NCBI GenBank assembly: GCA_964521295.1
Contig: CAZFRF010000001.1
Coordinates: 641,016 to 705,015 of the forward strand
DNA: 64,000 nt
Direction of reading: 5' to 3'
Origin: an uncultured Gammaproteobacteria bacterium
Lineage (GTDB): Bacteria > Patescibacteriota > Microgenomatia > Levybacterales > UBA12049
Part shown: positions 41,341 to 50,132 of the stretch, one piece after another
Position numbering within the stretch: position 1 is the first letter of the stretch
Layout of the letters: every line of letters starts with the position of its first letter
Program-made: the position numbers and the translations under genes
Notes under the pieces: generated by a model
Databases searched by the model: none
Seen by the model: only the letters and a program-made list of their open reading frames with translations
What the model was told of the DNA's origin: nothing

Positions 41341-41916
41341 TTATTTCCAATTATTTGAGATTGTAAAATTAAATTTATTCAAAATTTCAGACAATAAATT
41401 AACTGGCATTCCCATCACATTAAAGTATTCTCCTTTTATTTCCTTAATGAATATTCCTGCCTTACCTTGAATTCCATAGCCTCCAGCCTTATCAAGCGGC
41501 TCTTTGGTTTTTAAATAACAATCTATTTCCACTTTATTCAATTTTTTAAACTTAACTTTTGTTTCTGCAATCTTAGTAATTATTTTTTTATTCCTAATAA
41601 CAGATACTCCAGTAATAACTGTATGTGTTTTGCCGCTTAGCAATTTAAGCATTTCTTTGGCTTCATAATTATTTTTAGGCTTGCCCATTATTCTTTTTCC
41701 CAAAACCACTACCGTATCTGCAGCAATTATTAAATCAAAAGGATATTTATTAGCCAAAGATTTTGCTTTTTCAGCTGCTAAGAATTTAACAATGGATTCT
41801 GGTTTTTTTAAGGTTGTTTTTTCTGCAAAACCACTTTCTTCAACTATAAATTTTAGACCAATTTTTTCCAATATTTCTTTTCTTCGAGGAGAAGCTGATG
41901 CTAAGATGATTTTCAT
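41341..41916 (-). CDS. maf: Maf-family nucleoside triphosphate pyrophosphatase
   Basis: N-terminus KIILASASPRRKEIL and Maf-length body of 191 aa. Confidence 0.85.
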   Translation of the reverse strand: MKIILASASPRRKEILEKIGLKFIVEESGFAEKTTLKKPESIVKFLAAEKAKSLANKYPFDLIIAADTVVVLGKRIMGKPKNNYEAKEMLKLLSGKTHTVITGVSVIRNKKIITKIAETKVKFKKLNKVEIDCYLKTKEPLDKAGGYGIQGKAGIFIKEIKGEYFNVMGMPVNLLSEILNKFNFTISNNWK

Positions 41917-42179
41917 CGCATAGATTATAACATGAACATTAAATTGCAGATATTAATCTATAATAAATTTCTTTTTTTAATCTCTTCAAGTATTTTTCCA
42001 TCTAATGGCCTACAATTACAATTCCTAGAATGATTTAAATGCCAAATTATTCTTTGCTCCAGCTTTGGATTATTAGGCATTTTATTGTTCTTATGCCATT
42101 CTGCATTAATTCTCACAAATTTATTATATACCTTAATTATTATAATAGTTAGTAAATATTAAAATGCTATAATTAATAT

Positions 42180-42485
42180 ATGCAGATTAACAACTTTCTC
42201 CGTCCTTTAATTGCGACAACCATTATCTTGATTATCCCTCTTGCTCTTACGATTCGCGATGGTGGAGTAGAGGGTGTTGGATGGAATTGGGGAATTGCTG
42301 ATTTTATAATAATGGGATTATTAATTTTTACCACTGGGTTTCTGATTGAATTTGTAAATAAAAGAATAAAAAATAAAAATTTAAAACTAGCCTTAATACT
42401 TGGTATCCTACTCGCGCTTTTTTTAACCTGGCTAGAGCTTGCAGTAGATGGAGTCTCTCACATCTTTAATTTAATAGGCAATTAG
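42180..42485 (+). CDS. small membrane protein, unknown function
   Basis: 101 aa with 3 predicted TM helices. Confidence 0.35.
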   Translation: MQINNFLRPLIATTIILIIPLALTIRDGGVEGVGWNWGIADFIIMGLLIFTTGFLIEFVNKRIKNKNLKLALILGILLALFLTWLELAVDGVSHIFNLIGN

Positions 42486-42493
42486 AGAAAACA

Positions 42494-43261
42494 TTACTTC
42501 TTAGGCGGTAAGGGGATAAAAACGCTTGTTCTTTTCTTATATTCTTCAAAATCTTCTCTGCCTTTATACTTCTTTTCCAGCAATGGCACTCCAGATACAA
42601 ATAGTATTAAAAAACTAATTGTTAAAGGACTAACCACTGTATAAATTCCATTAATAATTCCTAAGGTGATAATCCAAAGTCCCCACCACTGTGTAACCTC
42701 TCCGAAATAATTTGGATGCCTAGAATATTTCCATAAACCCTGGGTCATAAGTACTCCTTTATTTAGAGGATTTTTGATAAATTCTGATAACTGTTTATCA
42801 GCAGTTACTTCAAAAAGAAAACCAACAAACCAAATCAATGCACCAATGATTGAAAAAATATTAATACTCTCATTTGCATTTTTATTAACAAATATAACCG
42901 GTAGAGCAATGACAAATAGAAAAATTCCTTGGAGGACAAATACTTGCAAATAAGATCTAAGTGTAAACCATTTTCCCCAACTTTTTCTCCATTCTAAATA
43001 TCGACTGTCTTCCTCCTTGCCTTTATGTCGATTATGAATGTGAATAAACAACCTAACACCCCAAATACTGATTAAAATATTAACTAAAATGTTTTGCAAC
43101 AATAAATTTCCAGAAATCAATAAAGCAGTCCATGCTAAAACAACAAATCCTAGCCCCCAAGCTTCATCTGCGACATCATTTCTTTTTTTAATTATTGAGA
43201 TAACAAACCATACATTTATGTAAATAAATAATATTAGGAAAAGAAGTAAATAAAAGTTCAT
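42494..43261 (-). CDS. DUF1295 / ICMT-steroid-reductase-like membrane protein
   Basis: C-terminal motif KYSRHPNYFGEVTQWWGLW is typical of the DUF1295/isoprenylcysteine-methyltransferase-like fold. Confidence 0.6.
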   Translation of the reverse strand: MNFYLLLFLILFIYINVWFVISIIKKRNDVADEAWGLGFVVLAWTALLISGNLLLQNILVNILISIWGVRLFIHIHNRHKGKEEDSRYLEWRKSWGKWFTLRSYLQVFVLQGIFLFVIALPVIFVNKNANESINIFSIIGALIWFVGFLFEVTADKQLSEFIKNPLNKGVLMTQGLWKYSRHPNYFGEVTQWWGLWIITLGIINGIYTVVSPLTISFLILFVSGVPLLEKKYKGREDFEEYKKRTSVFIPLPPKK

Positions 43262-43662
43262 AACCCTAATTTAGAAGCAATAAAAAATGTAATACCAGAA
43301 ACAGACCCTGCCAAAACAACTCCCCATATGATATCAACTATTGATACCGCTAACGGCCAATTTTTTAAAGTCGCAAGATTAGTAAGATCATAGGTTATGT
43401 ATGAAAAGAAGCCAAACAAACCACCCAAAACTATAGCCAAAATTAAAGATTTCTTTTCCAATGCTGGATTTATTGCAAAAATAATAAGACCTAATATGAA
43501 TAATAAATAAAAAGTAAAAGCAGCAACCCAGTTAATATTGGTTTTCATAAGGCCTGCAAGCTGCTCAAAATAAAATTTTCTTGCTACAAAACCAAGCCAA
43601 AAAAAGTCAATAATAAAAAATATAGGAAGCGCAATTAAATAAAGCTTAATTTGTGGTATCAC
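43258..43662 (-). CDS. DUF2177-like small membrane protein
   Basis: 134 aa with 4 TM helices. Overlaps the upstream gene. Confidence 0.35.
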   Translation of the reverse strand: MIPQIKLYLIALPIFFIIDFFWLGFVARKFYFEQLAGLMKTNINWVAAFTFYLLFILGLIIFAINPALEKKSLILAIVLGGLFGFFSYITYDLTNLATLKNWPLAVSIVDIIWGVVLAGSVSGITFFIASKLGL

Positions 43663-43758
43663 AACATTAGTATAGCAAATAATATTTGCAAATTGAAAAT
43701 ATTAATTCTGTCTACCTTAAAACATTTGGAAAATATACTAAAAATTATTTAAAAACTA

Positions 43759-44340
43759 TCACTCTTTTAATACTGAATACACCACAAGTCTCTTTAGATA
43801 ATTTTTATCATCATTATCCCACGATCCATTACAAGTAATAAGGTTGAGCTTTTTGCCTGATGTATCTGCAAAGACCTCATTTAACGGAAGTTTATCATAG
43901 TCATATATTTCCTTACTCTGAACTACAAAAATAAAGTTATTTCCTTTACTATCAATTACTTCAATTTCATCGCCTGGTTTTAAAAAAGTAAGTTTAAAAA
44001 AAACCGCAGGTGAACCATTTGGAGCATCTAAATGCCCAGCGATTACTGCACTTCCTATAGAGCCTGGTTTGGGACCCAAATTATACCAAGCAACATTCTC
44101 CACTTTTTTTGGCACATCCATCCTGCCTTTATTGTCTATACCAACACTTTCAATGTTAGCTTTAACATTAATACTATTAATTAAAATATTTGTGGGAATT
44201 CCGGAATCATTATTTATTTCCTGATCTAAAGTAATATTTTTTACCTGCTTATCTATATTCGGACTAAGTTTACCACCTAGACCATAACCCACAAAAGATA
44301 AACTGATTAATAGAAAAATGGCAAGAACTATTTTTCTCAA
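43759..44340 (-). CDS. Sortase (cysteine transpeptidase), TTG start
   Basis: N-terminal membrane anchor. Catalytic triad contexts AVIAGH (His), LNLITCNG (TLxTC Cys) and KRLVVYS (Arg). GGAGGT SD lies 6 nt upstream, embedded in the preceding ORF. Confidence 0.8.
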   Translation of the reverse strand: MRKIVLAIFLLISLSFVGYGLGGKLSPNIDKQVKNITLDQEINNDSGIPTNILINSINVKANIESVGIDNKGRMDVPKKVENVAWYNLGPKPGSIGSAVIAGHLDAPNGSPAVFFKLTFLKPGDEIEVIDSKGNNFIFVVQSKEIYDYDKLPLNEVFADTSGKKLNLITCNGSWDNDDKNYLKRLVVYSVLKE

Positions 44341-44487
44341 CTAGTTACCTCCAAATCCTGTTGCCGGTGCCCCGCTAGGAACCGTAGTAGTTGGTGTAGG
44401 AGTCATAGTGGAAGTCTGTGCCACAGCTGATCCCCCAATCATAAACGAGAAAGCTAACGTAAGTAATGCCAAAACTAAATATTTCAT
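44341..44487 (-). CDS. 48-aa secreted Thr/Pro-rich peptide (MKYLVLALLTLAFSFMIGGSAVAQTSTMTPTPTTTVPSGAPATGFGGN), candidate minimal sortase substrate
   Basis: Not in the ORF track because it is under 60 aa. Perfect SD AGGAGGTG lies 5 nt upstream of the ATG. Signal-peptide-like N-terminus with an AVA-Q cleavage motif. C-terminal PATG. Its last codons form the SD of the sortase gene. Confidence 0.5.
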   Translation of the reverse strand: MKYLVLALLTLAFSFMIGGSAVAQTSTMTPTPTTTVPSGAPATGFGGN

Positions 44488-44681
44488 ATTTTCACCTCCT
44501 TTTTTTATATAACATAGATTCTAATAGATAAAATAAAGTAAGGAGTATTATTAACGTAAGAAACTATTAAGAAGTCGTATTAATAATTGATTTCATTGCA
44601 CTTTAAAGATTTCTTTGCCATAGCAAAAATAGACTACACCCCTTTGTAGCAGGATGCTTATCTTAATTAGCTATTTTGAGG

Positions 44682-45074
44682 TCAATTTCCACTGGCTCCT
44701 TCAACTTCAACCCTAAACCCACCATAGGCCATACGCTTCATATCAAAAGGCATTACCATATCTTTATACTTCTCGGCTTGTTTGCCCATTTCTTCCATTA
44801 CTTTCGCATTGACCTCATCTCTATGTTCTTTGGAATTAAAAACAATAAAGGAAAACCAAACTGTTTCCTCATTTGTTGCTCCAGCCATTTCAGTAAATGC
44901 ACGAGCTTTTTCATCGCCCATCTCCTGAGGAACAAGATCATCACCACGACATTCATAATACTCAAGTGCACCATACTTCATCCAAGTATCTCGACCTTCT
45001 TCCGCCATTTTTTTGTATTCTTCAACTTTATCACTTGGAACAACTAATACAAATCCGTCTACATATTTTCCCAT
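44682..45074 (-). CDS. DUF1428-family protein
   Basis: N-terminus MGKYVDGFVLVVPSDKVEEYKKMAEEG...GALEYYECRGDDL matches the DUF1428 pattern. GGTGGTGA SD upstream. Confidence 0.55.
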   Translation of the reverse strand: MGKYVDGFVLVVPSDKVEEYKKMAEEGRDTWMKYGALEYYECRGDDLVPQEMGDEKARAFTEMAGATNEETVWFSFIVFNSKEHRDEVNAKVMEEMGKQAEKYKDMVMPFDMKRMAYGGFRVEVEGASGN

Positions 45075-45272
45075 ACTTTATCACCACCTTTCTTCTAAAA
45101 ATAGAATAGTTACCAGTATAGCAAAAATGGATTTTTTCTACTTAGAAGATTAATAACCTGAAGCTAAAATTTGCTCCCTCTAAATGACTTATTGATCAAC
45201 AGGAAAATTGAACTTGATATAACTTCCGAAGATCTAGGTTTTTTGGAATTAAAGACAGTCTCTAAAAATACT

Positions 45273-45605
45273 CTAGAAAAAAAATATAGACAATAATACC
45301 AATAAAAATATTATTCCTGGAAAAAGAAATATTAAAACATAAAGGTTTTTTACCCTCTTATTCAAGTCTTTTATAACTACTGTTTCTTGAGCATATTGAA
45401 ATATTCTATTGCATTTAATACATCTATAAGCAATTACTCTTCTAATGTCTGTAAAATTTGCTTCATTATTACCAACAATAAGAAATTTAGGATCAGATGG
45501 AATATTATCGCTTTTAGCGAATCTTTGAACTAAGTTTGTACCATATGAGGTATCTATCAGGGCCCCTTTTTCTAAATCTCCTTGGCAGTCTGAACATTTA
45601 TTCAT
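45273..45605 (-). CDS. Zinc-ribbon (CxxC...CxxC) protein with C-terminal TM helix
   Basis: CSDC...CIKC pairs and a hydrophobic C-terminus. Confidence 0.4.
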   Translation of the reverse strand: MNKCSDCQGDLEKGALIDTSYGTNLVQRFAKSDNIPSDPKFLIVGNNEANFTDIRRVIAYRCIKCNRIFQYAQETVVIKDLNKRVKNLYVLIFLFPGIIFLLVLLSIFFF

Positions 45606-45675
45606 TATCTAAATTAAACTATAATCTTAAACCTTTGTAAATAATCAACTTTGTTGCTCCGAGGAACGGAGGATG

Positions 45676-46167
45676 TTAGAAATTATTTAATAAAGATTCT
45701 GTTTCCTGACTATTCTTAACAATAAATATCTTCTTAGTATCTTGATATGCTTTCAATTTATCTCTGGTCGCTTGACGAGGATACGCAATAATAAATTTTA
45801 ATAAACCTAAGCTTACCCTCTCTTTAGTTCCTTTGGGCTTATCAAAAGCTTGCTGAGCTCCAAAACTTCTCCTGAATACTCTATATACACACAGCCATTT
45901 GGGGAAATCAAAAAATATTATTGTATCTGCAGCCTCTATTCTTAAATCAATAGTACTCTTATAATTTCCATCAATAATCCAATTATCCCTTCTTATTAAT
46001 TCTTTTTGAAAATCTACCCATTCTATTTTTGAATATTTTTGCCTCCATCCAGGCAAAAAATATTCTTTATCAAGATGGATAACTGGCCTATTCAATAGCT
46101 TTCCTAATTTATTTGCAAACGTTGATTTACCGGAGCCTTGCAATCCAATTATTGCTATTTTATTCAT
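45676..46167 (-). CDS. P-loop NTPase/kinase, topology-modulation-protein / adenylate-kinase-like
   Basis: Walker A IIGLQGSGKST at the N-terminus. 163 aa. Confidence 0.6.
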   Translation of the reverse strand: MNKIAIIGLQGSGKSTFANKLGKLLNRPVIHLDKEYFLPGWRQKYSKIEWVDFQKELIRRDNWIIDGNYKSTIDLRIEAADTIIFFDFPKWLCVYRVFRRSFGAQQAFDKPKGTKERVSLGLLKFIIAYPRQATRDKLKAYQDTKKIFIVKNSQETESLLNNF

Positions 46168-46209
46168 TAAACTTAGTATATCAGATGAATTTTGAGGCTA
46201 ATAAATTTG

Positions 46210-46281
46210 CTCCGCGGCTAGGACTCGAACCTAGAACCTTGTCGTTAACAGCGACCTGCTCTACCATTGAGCTACCACGGA
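46210..46281 (-). tRNA. tRNA-Asn (anticodon GUU)
   Basis: Manually folded cloverleaf. Acceptor TCCGTGG/CCGCGGA, D-arm GCTC-AATGGTA-GAGC, anticodon loop CTGTTAA, T-arm CTAGG-TTCGAGT-CCTAG, discriminator G. CCA is not encoded. Confidence 0.85.
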
Positions 46282-46331
46282 ATGCGATACTATTGGAACG
46301 ATTCTAATTTTATCATTTATCCTCTTTTAAC

Positions 46332-46883
46332 TCAAGATGAAGCTGGAATAGGAATATTACTTCTGTATGCAACCAATTCACAGCCCCTAATTCTTTCGGA
46401 TTCCTTTGTATATCTTCCAGTAGATTTAAATAAAACTGGAACATCTGGATCCTGAGGAACAACTATTGAAGAAGGTAAAACTTTCTCCCCCGCAGCAAAA
46501 TTTATTATTGTTGGGAAAAAAGTTGGATCCTCCCTAAAACCAGCTAGGCAATCAGCAAAGCCCCGCATTTTTCTTTCTAAACCTACGTGTCTAGTCCTCT
46601 TTGCTTCTACAATACTTGAAAGAGTATCTCCTTCAAATATGGTCATGTCCCACCTAACCACATGAAATAAACCGTCTGTTAAAAAAGCAGCTAAATCAAA
46701 TAAATTTGGTCCAATAATAAATTCACTTGGACTAGCATGGGTTAACAAATGCTGAAAAACTAACTGTTCATATTCAAAGCCTTTTTTAGCAGAATCTCGA
46801 AGAGATGTAGAATCAATAACTAAATCCACTCCTTGCCTATATCTTCTTAAAATTGGTGGACCTTCTTTTATAGGAGCTAACAT
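46332..46883 (-). CDS. hypothetical protein, compositionally atypical (GC-richer, different codon usage)
   Basis: 183-aa ORF with no recognisable motifs. Divergent from the 47007 ORF. Confidence 0.45.
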   Translation of the reverse strand: MLAPIKEGPPILRRYRQGVDLVIDSTSLRDSAKKGFEYEQLVFQHLLTHASPSEFIIGPNLFDLAAFLTDGLFHVVRWDMTIFEGDTLSSIVEAKRTRHVGLERKMRGFADCLAGFREDPTFFPTIINFAAGEKVLPSSIVVPQDPDVPVLFKSTGRYTKESERIRGCELVAYRSNIPIPASS

Positions 46884-47006
46884 CTCTTGCAGATTTTAAA
46901 ACATCGATTATATTATTTCAATATTTAATTCTGATAATTGCTTCATTACGCCTATAAATCAATCTAATCTCTTGACAAAATTATTTAAAAATAAGAATAT
47001 TCATAT

Positions 47007-47540
47007 ATGGCAATTGTTGTTCGTCCAGAGCAAAGATCGATATCCCCACGCCACGAAATTGCAGATTATTCTGCAGTAAACCCAGATCAATTCCGCTGGC
47101 AACTAAATGGTTACGAACAAGAGATAGGCCTAAAAGATAGATTAAGAAATGGTGATACCACAACCATTGCGGCTTGGAGACCAGATTTTAACGCACTAAC
47201 TCCCTTAACCCCAGAGCAAGAAAAATTTGCAGGAAAAATAAGAAGATTAATAAGATCTCAAGACCCTTATTTAGTAAATTTTGGTCCAGGTGCTTTTTCT
47301 CAAATAAGAGGGAGTGTGCTTGATGAGTCCATAGACTCTTTATCCCTAAAACTCGAGACAATAAGAGCACGATACAGAGAACACGAAGGAGAACCAGATT
47401 CAACATTCTGGCTTTACCAAGAACCAATCGGTAGCTTTTCACCAGCCATGCTTTACCGAGCAGACCTAGAAGCACAAATTAGAGAAGAGCAAGAACAAGC
47501 CGCCCGAGAAGCAGCTATTGAAAGAGCTAAATTAACATAA
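47007..47540 (+). CDS. hypothetical protein, compositionally atypical (GC-richer), Arg/Glu/Gln-rich C-terminus
   Basis: 177-aa ORF. Candidate promoter TTGACA...TATTCAT lies upstream. No recognisable motifs. Confidence 0.45.
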   Translation: MAIVVRPEQRSISPRHEIADYSAVNPDQFRWQLNGYEQEIGLKDRLRNGDTTTIAAWRPDFNALTPLTPEQEKFAGKIRRLIRSQDPYLVNFGPGAFSQIRGSVLDESIDSLSLKLETIRARYREHEGEPDSTFWLYQEPIGSFSPAMLYRADLEAQIREEQEQAAREAAIERAKLT

Positions 47541-47581
47541 ACTTCTTTACGCATCAGCGATAATTAGGTAAAATAGTTTCT

Positions 47582-49015
47582 GTGAATAAATTAACAAAAA
47601 TTATCGCCACTATTGGACCCGCTTCTGATAGCCTAGAAACAATTGAAGAATTAATAAAATTAGGTGTAAATGTTTTTAGATTTAATTTTAAACACAGTGA
47701 TATTGAATGGCACAGGGAAAGAATAAGAAGAGTTTTAGAAGTATCTCAAAAAATTAATGTACCTGTCGCAACCCTACTTGATCTACAAGGACCAGAGATA
47801 AGACTCGCAATGCCTTTTGACAAAATGGAAATTTCTGAAAATGAAAAAATTCTACTTTCTCCAAATATTCTTGAGACAAAAGAAAAAGGAATTACTTTTT
47901 CAGAAACTGAAATTATTTCTCTTTTACAAACCGGGCAAAAAGTTTTAGCCGATGATGGCAATTTTGAATTTGAAGTATTAAGAGAAAATAATTCAACATA
48001 TTTAATTTCAAAAACTACAGGAATTTTAGGAAATAAAAAAACAGTTAATATTGTAAATTTAAATTTCGATTTCCCTGTAATTCATGATCGAGACAGACAA
48101 GGTTTAATATTAGCTAAAGAATTTAATTTAGATTTTATCGCCCTTTCTTTTGTCAGAAATGAAAATGACCTAATCAGCTTAAAAGAAGAAATGGATAAAA
48201 TAGAGTTAAAATCAAAAATTGTTGCAAAAATTGAAACGCCAAAAGCAATTGAAAACATAGACAAAATTCTAGAAGAAACAGATGCGATTATGATCGCTAG
48301 GGGAGACCTAGGTGTTGAAATGCCGCTTGAAGAAGTTCCATATTATCAAAAAGAAATAATTAAAAAATGCATTGAATTAGGAATTCCTGTTATAACAGCT
48401 ACTCAAATGCTTGAGTCAATGATTTCTAAGAAAATTCCTACAAGGGCTGAGGTATCTGATGTTGCTAACGCAATTTATGACTACACTGATGCAATAATGC
48501 TTTCAGGAGAAACAGCTAATGGATCTTTTCCAAAAGAAACAGTAAAGGTAATGGCGAAAATAGCAAGGTTTTCTGAGGAAAAAGATAGACATTTAGATAT
48601 ACGAAATTTATATTCTTATGATCTAGGAGACTTGTCGAAGATGGTTTGCGATAGTGCTTTTAATTTATATAAATCATTAAAAACAAAAAATCAAAAACCA
48701 AAAGGATTTATTGTCTTTACTCATACAGGAAAAACAGCAAAAATGCTTTCTAGATATAGACCTCATGTAAATATTTTTGCATTTTGTCCAACAAATAATG
48801 TTGCTCAAAATCTTAGCTTAAGTTTTGGCATAACACCAATTCTTCAGGAATCTGTGAAAAAGGATGAAATATTAAAAGAAGATATTAGTAAGGCAATGGA
48901 CTTTTTAAAGCAAAAAAATATGGCAGAAAAAGGAGATTTATTTATTGTTCTACATGGAGATTATTGGACTTCAGAAGCAGGAACGTCAACAATAAGAATA
49001 GTAAGCTTAGCCTAA
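47582..49015 (+). CDS. pyk: Pyruvate kinase
   Basis: N-terminus [10 protein letters not shown]...FRFNFKHSD and the [10 protein letters not shown] active-site block. Confidence 0.9.
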   Translation: MNKLTKIIATIGPASDSLETIEELIKLGVNVFRFNFKHSDIEWHRERIRRVLEVSQKINVPVATLLDLQGPEIRLAMPFDKMEISENEKILLSPNILETKEKGITFSETEIISLLQTGQKVLADDGNFEFEVLRENNSTYLISKTTGILGNKKTVNIVNLNFDFPVIHDRDRQGLILAKEFNLDFIALSFVRNENDLISLKEEMDKIELKSKIVAKIETPKAIENIDKILEETDAIMIARGDLGVEMPLEEVPYYQKEIIKKCIELGIPVITATQMLESMISKKIPTRAEVSDVANAIYDYTDAIMLSGETANGSFPKETVKVMAKIARFSEEKDRHLDIRNLYSYDLGDLSKMVCDSAFNLYKSLKTKNQKPKGFIVFTHTGKTAKMLSRYRPHVNIFAFCPTNNVAQNLSLSFGITPILQESVKKDEILKEDISKAMDFLKQKNMAEKGDLFIVLHGDYWTSEAGTSTIRIVSLA

Positions 49016-50095
49016 ATAATCTTTTAATTTATTTCCCCTAGAAGGATGTCTTAGTTTTCTTAATGCCTTTGCTTCAATTTGTCTAATTCTTTCTCTAGTA
49101 ACAGCAAACATTTTACCAACTTCTTCTAATGTTTTTGGTCTTCCATCTTTTAGTCCAAATCTTTCTTCTAATACTCTTTTTTCCCTGTCAGATAAAGTTG
49201 ATAAGACTTGCTCAATTTGTTCTTTAAGAAGCTCTCTACTTGCTGTATCAAATAGCGTTGGTGCTGAACTGTCATGAATAAAATCTCCAAGTCGTGAATC
49301 TTCTTCATCTCCAACGGGAGACTCAAGACTTGCTGGTTCTTGAGAAATTTTAATAATTTCTAATGCCTTATCTGGTTCAATGCCTAAAGCTTTTGCAACC
49401 TCTTCTGGAGTGGGCTCGCGCCCTAATTCTTGCATTAATTTCCTAGAAGCTCTTAAAAATCTATTAATGTTTTCGACCATATGAACAGGGATTCTAATTG
49501 TTCTGGCTTGATCTGCAATAGCTCTAGTTATAGATTGCCTAATCCACCACGTAGCGTAAGTTGAAAATTTAAAACCTCTCCTCCAGTCATATTTTTCAAC
49601 CGCACGAATCAAACCTTGATTTCCTTCTTGAATTAAATCAAGTAAAGTCAAACCCCTACCTACGTATTTTTTGGCAATAGAAACGACCAATCTTAAATTT
49701 GAATTTATTAATACTTGCTTTGATCTTTTGTCGCCTTTTTCAACTTTTTTAGCAAGTGCAATTTCTTGATTGAAATCAAGAAGGGGAATTCTACCAATTT
49801 CCTTTAAATACATTCTAACCGGATCTGAAACTGTTCCTTCAGTTAAAACGGTTAATGCTTCTAATTCTTTTTCTAAATCTTCAATTGGTTTTTCTTCTTC
49901 ATTTTGAGCTGCTACTGATTCAAATACGTCAATATCTGAATGCATTAACTTATCATAAAGCGTGTCAAGCTCTTCTAAGTGCTCCTCTGGCCTAGGATAC
50001 AGCTGAAGTATTTCTTCCTGAGTTACGTATCCTCTTTTTTTCGCACTGGACACAATCTCAGAAATTAAATTGGGTTGTTTCATGAAAGTACTCAT
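49007..50095 (-). CDS. rpoD: RNA polymerase primary sigma factor (sigma-70/SigA family)
   Basis: Region 2 [27 protein letters not shown], region 3, and region 4 ([28 protein letters not shown]). Confidence 0.93.
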   Translation of the reverse strand: MSTFMKQPNLISEIVSSAKKRGYVTQEEILQLYPRPEEHLEELDTLYDKLMHSDIDVFESVAAQNEEEKPIEDLEKELEALTVLTEGTVSDPVRMYLKEIGRIPLLDFNQEIALAKKVEKGDKRSKQVLINSNLRLVVSIAKKYVGRGLTLLDLIQEGNQGLIRAVEKYDWRRGFKFSTYATWWIRQSITRAIADQARTIRIPVHMVENINRFLRASRKLMQELGREPTPEEVAKALGIEPDKALEIIKISQEPASLESPVGDEEDSRLGDFIHDSSAPTLFDTASRELLKEQIEQVLSTLSDREKRVLEERFGLKDGRPKTLEEVGKMFAVTRERIRQIEAKALRKLRHPSRGNKLKDYLG

Positions 50096-50132
50096 TATTT
50101 TACCACGAATTAAGATTAATTGGAAGATTTAG

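Noticed and set aside
41917-42179. 39-aa Cys-containing ORF (MPNNPKLEQRIIWHLNHSRNCNCRPLDGKILEEIKKRNLL) on the minus strand in the maf-upstream spacer
   Set aside because: It has no Shine-Dalgarno or promoter signal and no recognisable motif. It is most likely a chance ORF in the AT-rich spacer.
45650-46217. 8-bp direct repeat TTGCTCCG at 45652 and at the tRNA-Asn 3' end (46208), flanking the P-loop kinase gene
   Set aside because: This is too short to distinguish from chance. There is no integrase or recombinase, and the enclosed gene is AT-rich like the host genome.
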